Shown: one piece after another, positions 40,270-49,336 of the stretch
Numbering within the stretch: the first letter of the stretch is position 1
How the letters are laid out: each line of letters starts with the position of its first letter
Assembly: GCA_041670385.1 (NCBI GenBank)
Contig: JBAXZI010000004.1
Coordinates: forward strand, 1-57,608
Direction: 5' to 3'
Length of the DNA: 57,608 bases
Source: Clostridia bacterium
Lineage (GTDB): Bacteria > Bacillota > Clostridia > Christensenellales > DTU072
Made by a program: the position numbers and the translations under genes
The notes under the pieces: generated by a model
Seen by the model: only the letters and a program-made list of their open reading frames with translations
What the model was told of the DNA's origin: nothing
The model's database searches: none

Positions 40270-40297
40270 GCACAAAAAAACATTTAGGATAAATATA

Positions 40298-42598
40298 ATG
40301 ACCAAAATACTACAACGAAAAAATGAAATAATTGACCAACTACTTATAGAAAAATTATCTAATGAATGTAATTTAGATAGTCTATTAGTAAAATTATTAT
40401 TTTCAAGAGGGTATGATACTAAAGAAAAATTAAATTCATATTTATATGATACATTAGATAATTTATCTTCACCATTTATTTATACAAATATGGATAAAGT
40501 AGTAGAAAGGTTAAAATTAGCACAAAAAGAAAATAAAAGAATATTAATTTATGGCGACTATGATTGTGATGGTGTGGGTGCTATTGCAATTATGTATTTA
40601 GCTTGTAAAGATGCAAATATTTTAGTAGATTATTACATACCAACTAGAGCGAGTGAAGGATATGGATTAAATTGTGAAGCCATTTTGAAAATTTCACAAG
40701 ATTTTGCTCCCGATATAATGCTAACTGTAGATTGCGGTATAACCTCAAATAAAGAAGTAATTTACGCACAAAGTTTGGGTATTGAAATAATTGTTAGTGA
40801 CCATCACCAATTAGGTAATCAAATTCCTGACTGTTTGATTGTTAACCCTTGCCTTGACCCACAAAACACACCATTATGCGGTGCTGGTGTTGCCTTAAAA
40901 ATAGTAGAAGGGTGGTTAGGCAAAGATATTGCTTTGCGATATATTGATATTTGTGCAATAAGTACAATTGCTGATGTAGTTCCTTTAATTGCTGACAATA
41001 GAATTATTGCAAAATATGGTATGATTGCTATCCAAAAAGGCAAATGTAGAAAAGGAATTAAAGAACTAATTATTGCATCAAATGGAGATTATCACAAATT
41101 ATCTACTTATGATATGGCGTTTAAAATTGCACCTAGAATAAACGCTTCGGGCAGATTAAATAGTGCAGACACATCACTAACATTGCTTATTGAAGATGAT
41201 ACAACCTTAATAAGCTTGCTAGCTAAAGAATTAGAGGTACAAAATACAAAAAGACAACAAATAAATACTGATATTTATAATGAAGCAAAAATTATGTTGG
41301 AATCTTATGATTTAGGTCTTAACAGAATTATAGTTTTGTATAATGAAAATTGGAATGAAGGTGTTTTAGGGATTGTTGCCGCAAAAATAACTGAAGAATT
41401 TAATCGTCCAACTATTTTACTTACAAATAATGAAGACAAATTGAAAGGGTCTGCAAGAAGCATAGCAGCGATTGATATCCATAAAGCTATAAGTACTTGT
41501 CAAGAGTATCTAATTGGTTTTGGTGGTCACGCTATGGCCGCAGGCATGCAAATGGAACAAAGCAATTTAAATAAATTTATTATAAGTATAAATCAATATT
41601 TGTGGGATAACTATACAGATGATGATTTTGAAAAGTTGGTAAAATACGATTTTGAAGTGCCAATCAAATCATTTAATAGCAAATTAGGCAAACAACTAAC
41701 ACTATTAGAACCTTTTGGCTGTGGCAATCCAAAACCCGTCTTTTACGATGATGCATATCAAAAAGAATTCAAGCAAATAGGTAAAACTACGCACATAAAA
41801 TCTACCTCTTCTACTGGTGATTTAGTATTATTTGGGCAATATCAGAATATGGATTTCTACAACAAAAATACCTTAAAGATAGCTTACACTCATTCTGTAA
41901 AGGTATTTAGAGAAAGAGACTATAATCAATTTATGCCTAAAGCAATAGTGCCTATATTGGAAAATCTACCTGATGATTCGAAAGTTATTGTATCGTATCT
42001 TCAAACATTATTATATTCAAACTATAATAATAGTAGAAACAATATTCCAGCTAAAAAAACAGACAAAGCCCCTTGTTTATATATTACTTTTAGTAAAGAA
42101 AATTTTAATAATTTTATAATTAAGCATACTAATTATGATAAATTTATTTATAAAAATGATTATATAAGCAATAAAAATAGTATAGTGCTTTGCCCTGCTA
42201 AAGATTTTGATTTTTCTTTTTATAATAAAATTATTGTTTTAGAAGAATTAGGTGACAATTATTTAGAATTTTTATTAGGGAAAGTACAAAATGTAAAAGT
42301 AGAAAGCAAAATAAAGCCTTTTCAAAATAATTTATTTGTGAATATGGATAATTTGCGTGAAGATTTTACTTTTTTCAAAAATATATTAAATAATGGATAT
42401 CAATATAACAATGCAATTGATTTCTATACATATTGCAAAGAAAATGATTATCAAAGAGAATTTTACAAATTTTTAATAAGTTTTTACATTTTTTTAGATG
42501 TAGAGTTGATATTAAAAAATGAAAATGATATACTTGTTATTAATAATCATAAAGTAGATTTAACACAAAGTAATGTATACAAAAGCTTAACAGATTAA
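40298..42598 (+). CDS. recJ: single-stranded-DNA-specific exonuclease RecJ
   Basis: DHH motifs GDYDCDGV, DCG and SDHHQ; DHHA1 GGHAMAAG. The start is moved to the ATG at 40298 because the track start (TTG 40268) abuts the terminator T-run. A long AT-rich C-terminal region follows. Confidence 0.85.
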   Translation: MTKILQRKNEIIDQLLIEKLSNECNLDSLLVKLLFSRGYDTKEKLNSYLYDTLDNLSSPFIYTNMDKVVERLKLAQKENKRILIYGDYDCDGVGAIAIMYLACKDANILVDYYIPTRASEGYGLNCEAILKISQDFAPDIMLTVDCGITSNKEVIYAQSLGIEIIVSDHHQLGNQIPDCLIVNPCLDPQNTPLCGAGVALKIVEGWLGKDIALRYIDICAISTIADVVPLIADNRIIAKYGMIAIQKGKCRKGIKELIIASNGDYHKLSTYDMAFKIAPRINASGRLNSADTSLTLLIEDDTTLISLLAKELEVQNTKRQQINTDIYNEAKIMLESYDLGLNRIIVLYNENWNEGVLGIVAAKITEEFNRPTILLTNNEDKLKGSARSIAAIDIHKAISTCQEYLIGFGGHAMAAGMQMEQSNLNKFIISINQYLWDNYTDDDFEKLVKYDFEVPIKSFNSKLGKQLTLLEPFGCGNPKPVFYDDAYQKEFKQIGKTTHIKSTSSTGDLVLFGQYQNMDFYNKNTLKIAYTHSVKVFRERDYNQFMPKAIVPILENLPDDSKVIVSYLQTLLYSNYNNSRNNIPAKKTDKAPCLYITFSKENFNNFIIKHTNYDKFIYKNDYISNKNSIVLCPAKDFDFSFYNKIIVLEELGDNYLEFLLGKVQNVKVESKIKPFQNNLFVNMDNLREDFTFFKNILNNGYQYNNAIDFYTYCKENDYQREFYKFLISFYIFLDVELILKNENDILVINNHKVDLTQSNVYKSLTD

Positions 42599-42606
42599 GG
42601 AAAAAA

Positions 42607-44793
42607 ATGGATAAAGAAGAATTTCTAAAAAAAATAAAGAAAATATATGGACAAGATAGTGGAGATTATCTTGCTATAGAATTTGCTGTAGAATTTGCAG
42701 AAAAAGCACATTTTGGACAAAAACGTAATTCGGGTGAAGATTATATTATTCATCCACTTGCTGTTGCTAATATTCTTATCGACCTTAATATGGATGTAGA
42801 AGCTATAATAGCTGCTTTATTGCACGATGTTATAGAAGATACACAAGTTACTGAAGAAGAAATAAAATCAAAATTTGGAGCATCAATATTACAATTAGTT
42901 GAGGGCGTAACAAAGCTTACAAGATTACCTGTTACCGCAACGGAAGAAGAAACTCAATGTGAAAATATTCGTAATATGTTCTTAGCAATGAGTAAGGATA
43001 TTCGAGTTCTTTTTGTTAAATTAGCTGATAGATTGCATAATATGCGAACATTAGAATTTGTTCCTGATGATAAAAAAATCAAAAAATCAAGAGAAACTAT
43101 TGATATTTATGCACCACTTGCTGGTAGATTAGGTATATCTTGGATAAAATGCGAATTAGAAGATTTGTCTATGAAATATCTTTATCCAGAAGATTATAAA
43201 TATTTAGTAGAAAAAGTTGCCGTAGAAAGAACACAAAGAATGGTTTTTGTGGACAAAATAGCTGATAGATTACGTGTAGAAATTAAAGATGTTATTTCAG
43301 ATGGTTATGAGATAAAAGGCAGACCAAAACATTTATACTCTATTTACAAAAAAATGAAAGATCAAGGCAAAGCATTTGAACAAATTTATGATTTAATCGC
43401 TTTGCGTGTTATTGTAAACGATATTAGGGATTGTTATGCTGTATTGGGAATTATTCATTCATTATGGAAACCAATACCTGGTAGATTCAAAGATTATATT
43501 GCTGTACCAAAACCCAATATGTATCAAAGTTTGCATACTACAGTAATTACTGATTACGGTGAAAAATTCGAAATTCAAATAAGAACGTTTGAAATGAATA
43601 GAATAGCTGAATATGGTATTGCTGCACATTGGAAATATAAAGAAGGCATTGATGTAGATGGTAAAGAAGTTCTTGATGTTAATTTGGTCAATCGTTTTTC
43701 TTGGATAAAAGAAATGATGGATGTTCAAGGCGAGTTGAAAAATTCGATAGAATTCGTTGACACACTAAAAAGTAATGTTGTATCTACAGGTGAAATTTAT
43801 GTGTTTAGCCCAAAAGGCAATGTCTTTAATATGGAGCCAGGTTCTACTTGTATAGATTTTGCTTATAGAGTGCATAGTGCTGTAGGAAATAAATGTGTTG
43901 GTGCTAAAATAAATAAAAAAATGGTACCGCTATCTACAATATTAAAAAATGGTGATATTGTAGAAATAATAACTAATAACCAGTCAAAAGGTCCATCAAG
44001 AGATTGGTTAAAAATTGCAATAACCAATACTGCTAAAGCAAAAATTAAATCTTTCTACAAAAAAGCAATGAAAGAAGAAAATATTAAGCTTGGCAAAGAT
44101 ATGATAGATAGAGAAGCTAAAAGAAAAGGCTATAATTTAGGCGACCTAACAAGTGGAAATTGGATAAAGGTAGTACTAGACAGATATCGCTTTAGTTCTA
44201 CAGAAGATATGTACGCTTCAATTGGTTATGGTGGAATCACCACTCATCAAATATTAGGTAAGCTAATAGATTTTTATAAAAAAAGTCAAGATTATCAAGA
44301 AGTTAAGATAGAAACGACCGAAGGTGAAATACAAAAGAAGGTACGACGAGTACATTCTGGTATTATAATTGAAGGTTATGATGATTTCCTAATAAAATTA
44401 AGTCATTGTTGTAATCCTGTACCGGGAGATGAAATAGTAGGATATATTACTAGAGGTAGAGGAGTAATGGTGCATAGAGCAGATTGTCCAAATGTTAGGA
44501 ATATGGAAAAAGAAAGAATTATTTCAGCGGAATGGGCACATCAAGATAATAGTGTATTTATAGCTAGTATAAAAGTGGAATGTGAGAACAAAAATATAAT
44601 GTTGTCACAAGTTTCCGCAACAATTGCAAATTTGAACTTAAATATTGATTCACTCGTAGCAAGATCATCTAAAGATAAATCGAGAGCATCGATAATTATC
44701 GGGGTGGAAATTAAGAGTTCTGAAGACGTTACCAATGTTATTCGAAAACTATCTTCAATAAAGGGAATTATCAGTGTTTATAGGGATAAATAA
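42607..44793 (+). CDS. relA: bifunctional (p)ppGpp synthetase/hydrolase (RelA/SpoT homolog)
   Basis: HD domain (HPLAVANIL...LLHDVIEDT), synthetase domain (GRPKHLYSIYKKM, YQSLHTTV), and TGS and ACT C-terminal domains. Confidence 0.95.
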   Translation: MDKEEFLKKIKKIYGQDSGDYLAIEFAVEFAEKAHFGQKRNSGEDYIIHPLAVANILIDLNMDVEAIIAALLHDVIEDTQVTEEEIKSKFGASILQLVEGVTKLTRLPVTATEEETQCENIRNMFLAMSKDIRVLFVKLADRLHNMRTLEFVPDDKKIKKSRETIDIYAPLAGRLGISWIKCELEDLSMKYLYPEDYKYLVEKVAVERTQRMVFVDKIADRLRVEIKDVISDGYEIKGRPKHLYSIYKKMKDQGKAFEQIYDLIALRVIVNDIRDCYAVLGIIHSLWKPIPGRFKDYIAVPKPNMYQSLHTTVITDYGEKFEIQIRTFEMNRIAEYGIAAHWKYKEGIDVDGKEVLDVNLVNRFSWIKEMMDVQGELKNSIEFVDTLKSNVVSTGEIYVFSPKGNVFNMEPGSTCIDFAYRVHSAVGNKCVGAKINKKMVPLSTILKNGDIVEIITNNQSKGPSRDWLKIAITNTAKAKIKSFYKKAMKEENIKLGKDMIDREAKRKGYNLGDLTSGNWIKVVLDRYRFSSTEDMYASIGYGGITTHQILGKLIDFYKKSQDYQEVKIETTEGEIQKKVRRVHSGIIIEGYDDFLIKLSHCCNPVPGDEIVGYITRGRGVMVHRADCPNVRNMEKERIISAEWAHQDNSVFIASIKVECENKNIMLSQVSATIANLNLNIDSLVARSSKDKSRASIIIGVEIKSSEDVTNVIRKLSSIKGIISVYRDK

Positions 44794-44828
44794 AATAAAA
44801 AAAACTAGAATTAAATTTGCAAATTTTG

Positions 44829-44857
44829 TTGACAACAAATTCTTTTTATAGTATAGT
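44829..44857 (+). promoter_or_regulatory. sigma-A promoter of the tRNA array
   Basis: TTGACA (44829-44834), 17 nt spacer, TATAGT (44852-44857). Confidence 0.6.
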
Positions 44858-44897
44858 ATTAAAGTCAACAAAAGATAGACCCACTATGAGTCGAAAT

Positions 44898-44974
44898 CGG
44901 GGTGTAGCGCAGTTTGGTAGCGCACATGGTTTGGGACCATGGGGTCGGGAGTTCGAATCTCTTCGCCCCGACCA
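44898..44974 (+). tRNA. tRNA-Pro (TGG)
   Basis: Acceptor CGGGGTG/CGCCCCG; anticodon stem CATGG/CCATG with loop TTTGGGA; T loop TTCGAAT; CCA encoded. Confidence 0.9.
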
Positions 44975-44999
44975 ATAATTTATAGTGACTAAATCCAAT

Positions 45000-45076
45000 G
45001 GGCCTTTAGCTCAGCTGGTTAGAGCGATCGGCTCATAACCGATTGGTCCGCGGTTCAAGTCCGTGAAGGCCCACCA
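45000..45076 (+). tRNA. tRNA with CAT anticodon; elongator type, probably tRNA-Ile2 (lysidine) rather than Met
   Basis: GGGCCTTTAGCTCAGCTGGTTAGAGC...ATCGG-CTCATAA-CCGAT. The G1-C72 pair excludes an initiator. Overall it resembles Bacillus Ile-CAU as I remember it. The identity cannot be settled by eye. Confidence 0.8.
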
Positions 45077-45104
45077 AAAACATTATGTGACTTTATATTT
45101 ATAC

Positions 45105-45181
45105 GGTCCGGTAGTTCAGCTGGTTAGAACGCTAGCCTGTCACGCTAGAGGTCGAGGGTCCGAACCCCTTCCGGATCGCCA
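45105..45181 (+). tRNA. tRNA-Asp (GTC), with an atypical T loop
   Basis: Acceptor GGTCCGG/CCGGATC; anticodon stem CTAGC/GCTAG with loop CTGTCAC; T arm GAGGG-TCCGAAC-CCCTT; GCCA end. Confidence 0.85.
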
Positions 45182-45187
45182 ACAATC

Positions 45188-45263
45188 GCCTTGGTAGCTC
45201 AGTCGGTAGAGCAGGGGACTGAAAATCCCCGTGTCGGTGGTTCGATTCCGCCCCAAGGCACCA
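45188..45263 (+). tRNA. tRNA-Phe (GAA)
   Basis: GCCTTGGTAGCTCAGTCGGTAGAGC; anticodon stem GGGGA/TCCCC with loop CTGAAAA; T loop TTCGATT. Confidence 0.9.
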
Positions 45264-45302
45264 AAATTTGGTTGGTGGAACACAAACCGTTTCCGCCTAC
45301 AT

Positions 45303-45379
45303 GCTGACTTAGCTCAATTTGGTAGAGCAGCTGATTTGTAATCAGCAGGTTGATGGTTCGATTCCATTAGTCAGCTCCA
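45303..45379 (+). tRNA. tRNA-Thr (TGT)
   Basis: Acceptor GCTGACT/AGTCAGC; anticodon stem GCTGA/TCAGC with loop TTTGTAA; T loop TTCGATT. Confidence 0.9.
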
Positions 45380-45386
45380 AATTTAA

Positions 45387-45471
45387 GGAAGGATTCCCGA
45401 GTGGCTAAAGGGAGCAGACTGTAAATCTGCCGTCTACGACTTCGATGGTTCGAATCCATCTCCTTCCACCA
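45387..45471 (+). tRNA. tRNA-Tyr (GTA), type II long variable arm
   Basis: GGAAGGATTCCCGAGTGGCTAAAGGG; anticodon stem GCAGA/TCTGC with loop CTGTAAA; T loop TTCGAAT; acceptor 3' TCCTTCC-ACCA. Confidence 0.9.
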
Positions 45472-45479
45472 AAAAATAT

Positions 45480-45511
45480 AGCATAAGTAAAATTTACTTA
45501 TGCTTTTTTTA
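45480..45511 (+). terminator. intrinsic terminator after the tRNA array
   Basis: AGCATAAGT-aaaattt-ACTTATGCT followed by T7. Confidence 0.8.
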
Positions 45512-45512
45512 T

Positions 45513-45775
45513 GTTATTAAATAAGCATATAGATTTCGTATCTATGCTTTTTTATTTTAATAAATTTTTTATCTATACTTTTTTGTTATTAAATAAGCAT
45601 ATAGATTTCGTATCTATGCTTTTTTATTTTATTAAATTTTTTATCTATACTTTTATGTTATTAAATAAGCATATAGATTTTGTATCTATGCTTTTTTATT
45701 TTATTAAATTTTTTATCTATACTTTTTTGTTATTAATTATGCATAGGTATTTTTTATCTATGCTTTGTTTATTAT
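45513..45775. repeat. tandem direct repeat, 72-bp unit, three near-identical copies plus a degenerate fourth
   Basis: Unit starts are at 45513, 45585, 45657 and 45729. Copies 1-3 differ at 1-3 positions. The unit is GTTATTAAATAAGCATATAGATTTCGTATCTATGCTTTTTTATTTTA(A/T)TAAATTTTTTATCTATACTTTT(TT/AT). Confidence 0.95.
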
Positions 45776-45820
45776 TTTTCAAATTGCAGTTTACCTATAT
45801 TTTTATAAAAATAATCAATT

Positions 45821-45827
45821 TTCGACA
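45821..45827 (-). promoter_or_regulatory. consensus Spo0A box (TGTCGAA) upstream of spoIIAA
   Basis: The plus strand reads TTCGACA, which is the reverse complement of TGTCGAA. It lies 59 nt upstream of the spoIIAA ATG. In Bacillus and Clostridium the spoIIA operon depends on Spo0A. Confidence 0.45.
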
Positions 45828-45885
45828 CGACTTCCTTAAATTTTAGGCAATAATTTTTATATAATGATTTTCACAGGAGGCACTT

Positions 45886-46191
45886 ATGATTGTTTCAACA
45901 ACAAAAAACAATAATAATATTTGCATTAATTTGGAAGGCGAACTTGATCAAAGTGTCGCAAGTAAATTGCGTACACAGTTAGATGACTATTTATTAAATA
46001 CACAAGCAAAGAATGTAATTTTTAATTTAGACAAACTAAAATTTATGGATAGTACTGGTATTGGTCTTATTATGGGTCGCTATAAGAAATTAAATGCAAA
46101 AAAAATTGCAGTATTTATTACAAATCCTAACAAGCAAATAGATAAGGTGCTTACAATAAGCGGAATTTATAAAATAATTCCAAAAATTTGA
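45886..46191 (+). CDS. spoIIAA: anti-sigma F factor antagonist SpoIIAA (STAS domain)
   Basis: 101 aa. Phosphorylatable serine motif FMDSTGIGL. Operon context spoIIAA-spoIIAB-sigF. Confidence 0.9.
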   Translation: MIVSTTKNNNNICINLEGELDQSVASKLRTQLDDYLLNTQAKNVIFNLDKLKFMDSTGIGLIMGRYKKLNAKKIAVFITNPNKQIDKVLTISGIYKIIPKI

Positions 46192-46207
46192 TGAGGAGTA
46201 AATTTTA

Positions 46208-46627
46208 ATGGATAATAGTATGTGTTTACGAATTAAAGCAATAGAATCTAATGAATCTTTTGCCAGAAGTGTGGTTAGTGCATTTTGTGTAGGTAACAAT
46301 CCTAGTTTAGAAACGGTAAATGATATAAAAACCGCAATAAGCGAAGCTGTTACGAATTCAATTGTGCACGGATATACCAAATATGAGGGTGATATCTTAT
46401 TAGAAGCTACAATAAAAGATGATTTACTAACTGTAAGAGTTATTGATTATGGAATAGGAATTTTAGATGTTGATACAGCATTAGGTGATTACTATACAAC
46501 TGAGAAAAATGGAGAAAGAAGTGGATTAGGCTTTACTATTATGCAAAGCTTTATGGATTCTCTCGAAGTAGAAAGTGTTATGGGTGCGGGAACAACAGTT
46601 ACTATGACAAAAAAACTTAATGTATAG
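46208..46627 (+). CDS. spoIIAB: anti-sigma F factor / serine kinase SpoIIAB
   Basis: 139 aa GHKL kinase. N box AISEAVTNSIVHG and G box ERSGLGFTIM. Confidence 0.9.
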   Translation: MDNSMCLRIKAIESNESFARSVVSAFCVGNNPSLETVNDIKTAISEAVTNSIVHGYTKYEGDILLEATIKDDLLTVRVIDYGIGILDVDTALGDYYTTEKNGERSGLGFTIMQSFMDSLEVESVMGAGTTVTMTKKLNV

Positions 46628-47333
46628 TAAAGAACAAACTGACATTCTAATACAAAAAGCTCAAAACGGGGATAAAGATGCAAAAACCGCACTTTTAGAG
46701 CAAAATATGCCCCTTATAAAGAGTATTGTAAGAAGATTTGTCAACAAACAAATAGATTATGATGATTTGATGCAATTAGGAAGATTAGGAATTATAAAAG
46801 CTATAAACAATTTTAATTTAGATTTTGGAGTTCGATTTTCTACCTATGCAGTCCCGATGATAGCGGGAGAAATAAAAAGATTTTTACGCGATAATGGAGC
46901 AATTAAGGTAAGTCGTTCTATCAAAAGTCAGAATATGCTATTAAATAGATTTATTGAGCAATTTCAAAACGAAAATGCTAGAGAACCCAAAATTTCAGAA
47001 ATGGCTGAATATATGAAAGTAGATTCTACCGAAATTGTGTTTATATTAGAGAGTTCTCGATATCCAGTAAGTTTATATGCTGAAAATGACGAAGATGGTT
47101 TGTGTTTAGTAGATAGATTAAGTTCAAAAGGTAGTACAGATGATTATATTGAAAAAATAGTTTTAAGGCAAATTATTGATAATTTTGATGACCGTGATAA
47201 AAAAATTATTTTTTTACGATACTATCGTGACAAAACGCAATCTGAAGTCGCCAAGGAATTGGGAGTTTCGCAAGTACAAGTAAGTCGATTAGAAAGTAAA
47301 ATTCTCGCAAAAATAAAGAAAGAACTAGTATAA
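46620..47333 (+). CDS. sigF: RNA polymerase sporulation sigma factor SigF
   Basis: 237 aa. Region 2 (DLMQLGRLGIIKAINNF, FSTYAVPMIAGEIKRFLRD) and region 4 HTH (TQSEVAKELGVSQVQVSRLE). Overlaps the spoIIAB stop. Confidence 0.9.
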   Translation: MYSKEQTDILIQKAQNGDKDAKTALLEQNMPLIKSIVRRFVNKQIDYDDLMQLGRLGIIKAINNFNLDFGVRFSTYAVPMIAGEIKRFLRDNGAIKVSRSIKSQNMLLNRFIEQFQNENAREPKISEMAEYMKVDSTEIVFILESSRYPVSLYAENDEDGLCLVDRLSSKGSTDDYIEKIVLRQIIDNFDDRDKKIIFLRYYRDKTQSEVAKELGVSQVQVSRLESKILAKIKKELV

Positions 47334-47337
47334 ATAA

Positions 47338-47374
47338 AACACTCTAAGTAAACAATATATTTAGGGTGTTTTTA
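47338..47374 (+). terminator. intrinsic terminator after sigF
   Basis: AACACTCTAA (47338-47347) / TTAGGGTGTT (47361-47370) plus a T-run, with a 13-nt loop. Confidence 0.6.
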
Positions 47375-47446
47375 TTATGAAAAAAGAATATATAGAAAAA
47401 GAAGAAATATGTTTCCCACAAAATGTGAAAAAAGAGGATTTAACCA

Positions 47447-47908
47447 GTGAAATTGGACGATAAAGGTAAAAAAGCATATCTGAAAATGGTAAAAGATGAA
47501 ATGCCTCCTACAAAACATTTGGCTACAATGTCAAAAGCATTTATTTTGGGTGGAACAATTTGTTGTATTGGTCAAGCAATTAGTGACCTTTTACACCTTG
47601 CAATGCCTACTCTTAGTGAAAAGGATATCGGTAGTTATACTATACTTATAATAATAGCAATTACCGGACTTCTTACAGGAATTGGAGTTTATGATAAAAT
47701 TGGTAATTGGGGCGGTGCTGGCTCGATAGTGCCTATTACGGGCTTTGCCAACTCCATTGTTAGTTCATCTATAGAAAGAAAGCGTGAGGGCGTAATTCTG
47801 GGCTTGTGTAGCAATATGTTTTCAGTTGCGGGTCCCGTTATTGTAATTGGGATTACTTCATCAGTTATTGTCGGATTAATTTATTGGATAATCGGGCTAT
47901 TTGCTTAA
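47447..47908 (+). CDS. spoVAC: stage V sporulation protein AC
   Basis: 153 aa. AFILGGTICCIGQ, IVPITGFANS. GTG start 8 nt after AGAGGA. Confidence 0.9.
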   Translation: MKLDDKGKKAYLKMVKDEMPPTKHLATMSKAFILGGTICCIGQAISDLLHLAMPTLSEKDIGSYTILIIIAITGLLTGIGVYDKIGNWGGAGSIVPITGFANSIVSSSIERKREGVILGLCSNMFSVAGPVIVIGITSSVIVGLIYWIIGLFA

Positions 47909-48912
47909 TGAAAAATCATACAATAATATTTGATAATCCTGTATCAATTAGTGCAACGACCACTATTGCAGGTCCAAAAGAGGGCGAAGGTCCTTTGCAT
48001 AAATATTTTCATAATATTATTAAAGATGATTTACTTGGACAAAAAAGTTATGAACTTGCAGAAATAAAAATGCACATTTATGCGATTCGAAATTTACTCA
48101 ATAATGCCCATCTTACACAAGAAGATATTGATTGTATATTTAGTGGTGATTTATTAGATGAAATTATAGGTAGTAATTATACTATGCGAGAATATGACAT
48201 ACCTTTTTTTGGTCTTTATAATGCTTGTGCAACCTTCGGTGAAGCACTAATTATGGGAGCGACAATGATTTCAAATGGAGTTATGGAAAGAGTAATTTGT
48301 TCTACGACAAGTCATTTTTCGACCGCAGAAAGACAATATAGAAATCCGTTGGAATTAGGTTCTCAAAGACCACCAGTTGCACAATGGACAGTTACGGGTG
48401 CTGGTTGTAGTTTGTTATCAAGTAAAGAAAATAGCAAAATTAAAATTACCAGTGCAACAATAGGGAGAGTAGTTGATTATGGTGTAACTGATGCTAATAA
48501 TATGGGCTCTGCTATGGCGCCTGCTGCTATGGATACAATAATAACTCATCTAAAGGATACAAATAGGGATTTAGATTATTATGACCTAATTTTGACAGGT
48601 GATTTAGGACAGGCCGGCGTTAGAATGCTAACAAAACTAATGAAAGAAAAAAACTATGATTTGAATATTACTAATTATGATGATTGTGGTGTATTAATAT
48701 TTAACACAGAATTTCAAAAAACTGAACAAGGCGGAAGTGGTGCAGCTTGTAGTAATTTAGTATTTAATTCTTATATTTATAAGCAATTAAAATTGGGGAA
48801 ATTAAAAAAAGTGTTATTAGTTCCTACAGGTGCTTTAGTTTCCAAAATTTCATCTTTACAAGGTGAATCTATACCGGCTATTGCTCACGCAATTGCTATT
48901 GAGGTGATGTAA
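47908..48912 (+). CDS. spoVAD: stage V sporulation protein AD (thiolase-like fold)
   Basis: MKNHTIIFDNPVSISATTTIAGPKEGEGPL... TAATG overlap with spoVAC. The 8 extra N-terminal residues of the track ORF are rejected. Confidence 0.9.
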   Translation: MKNHTIIFDNPVSISATTTIAGPKEGEGPLHKYFHNIIKDDLLGQKSYELAEIKMHIYAIRNLLNNAHLTQEDIDCIFSGDLLDEIIGSNYTMREYDIPFFGLYNACATFGEALIMGATMISNGVMERVICSTTSHFSTAERQYRNPLELGSQRPPVAQWTVTGAGCSLLSSKENSKIKITSATIGRVVDYGVTDANNMGSAMAPAAMDTIITHLKDTNRDLDYYDLILTGDLGQAGVRMLTKLMKEKNYDLNITNYDDCGVLIFNTEFQKTEQGGSGAACSNLVFNSYIYKQLKLGKLKKVLLVPTGALVSKISSLQGESIPAIAHAIAIEVM

Positions 48913-48913
48913 A

Positions 48914-49279
48914 ATGTCAAGTATACTAACATATTTACAAGTATTTGTAGTAGGTGCATTAATTTGTACTTTTGGACAGGTATTAATAAATTTTACTAAA
49001 CTTACTACAGCAAGAATTCTAGTTATATTTTTACTGATTGGTGTTTTTTTAGAAGCAATTGGAGTATTTGATATTATTAAAGAATTTGGAAAGGCGGGTG
49101 CAACTATTCCTATAGTTGGGTTCGGTAGTACACTAGCAAAAGGGGCTATTGAAGGGGTTAAAGAAAGAGGACTAATAGGTGCAATTGTCGGCGGAGTTGA
49201 AGCAAGTGGTGCTGGACTTGGCGGAGCAATCGTAATAGGATTCGTAGTCTCTTTATTTTCAAAATCAAAGACAAAATGA
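48914..49279 (+). CDS. spoVAE: stage V sporulation protein AE (SpoVAEb)
   Basis: 121 aa, SpoVAC-like membrane protein (ICTFGQVLI, IPIVGFGSTLAKG). Confidence 0.85.
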   Translation: MSSILTYLQVFVVGALICTFGQVLINFTKLTTARILVIFLLIGVFLEAIGVFDIIKEFGKAGATIPIVGFGSTLAKGAIEGVKERGLIGAIVGGVEASGAGLGGAIVIGFVVSLFSKSKTK

Positions 49280-49301
49280 TTATAAATTTATCTATTTTGC
49301 A

Positions 49302-49330
49302 TTGACTATTTAATAAAATTTATGTATAAT
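49302..49330 (+). promoter_or_regulatory. sigma-A promoter of the aminopeptidase gene, ending 6 nt before an in-frame ATG
   Basis: TTGACT (49302-49307), 17 nt spacer, TATAAT (49325-49330), then acagct and the ATG at 49337. Confidence 0.55.
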
Positions 49331-49336
49331 ACAGCT

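Noticed and set aside
45480-45775. Possible CRISPR array, because of regularly spaced repeats with hairpins
   Set aside because: The entire 72-bp unit is repeated, so there are no unique spacers between the repeats. There are only about 3.6 copies and no cas genes in the window. It is a tandem repeat, not CRISPR.
45511-45846. A 111-aa ORF (MLLNKHIDFVSMLFYF... repeated three times)
   Set aside because: Its periodic sequence is just the translation of the 72-bp tandem DNA repeat. It has no RBS, starts inside a terminator T-run, and its composition is Leu/Phe/Ile/Lys from AT-rich DNA. It is treated as a non-coding repeat.
47377-47463. A 28-codon sORF (MKKEYIEKEEICFPQNVKKEDLTSEIGR) between sigF and spoVAC
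   Set aside because: Its ATG is embedded in the sigF terminator T-run, it has no RBS, and it overlaps the RBS and GTG start of spoVAC. It is most likely a chance frame in A-rich sequence.
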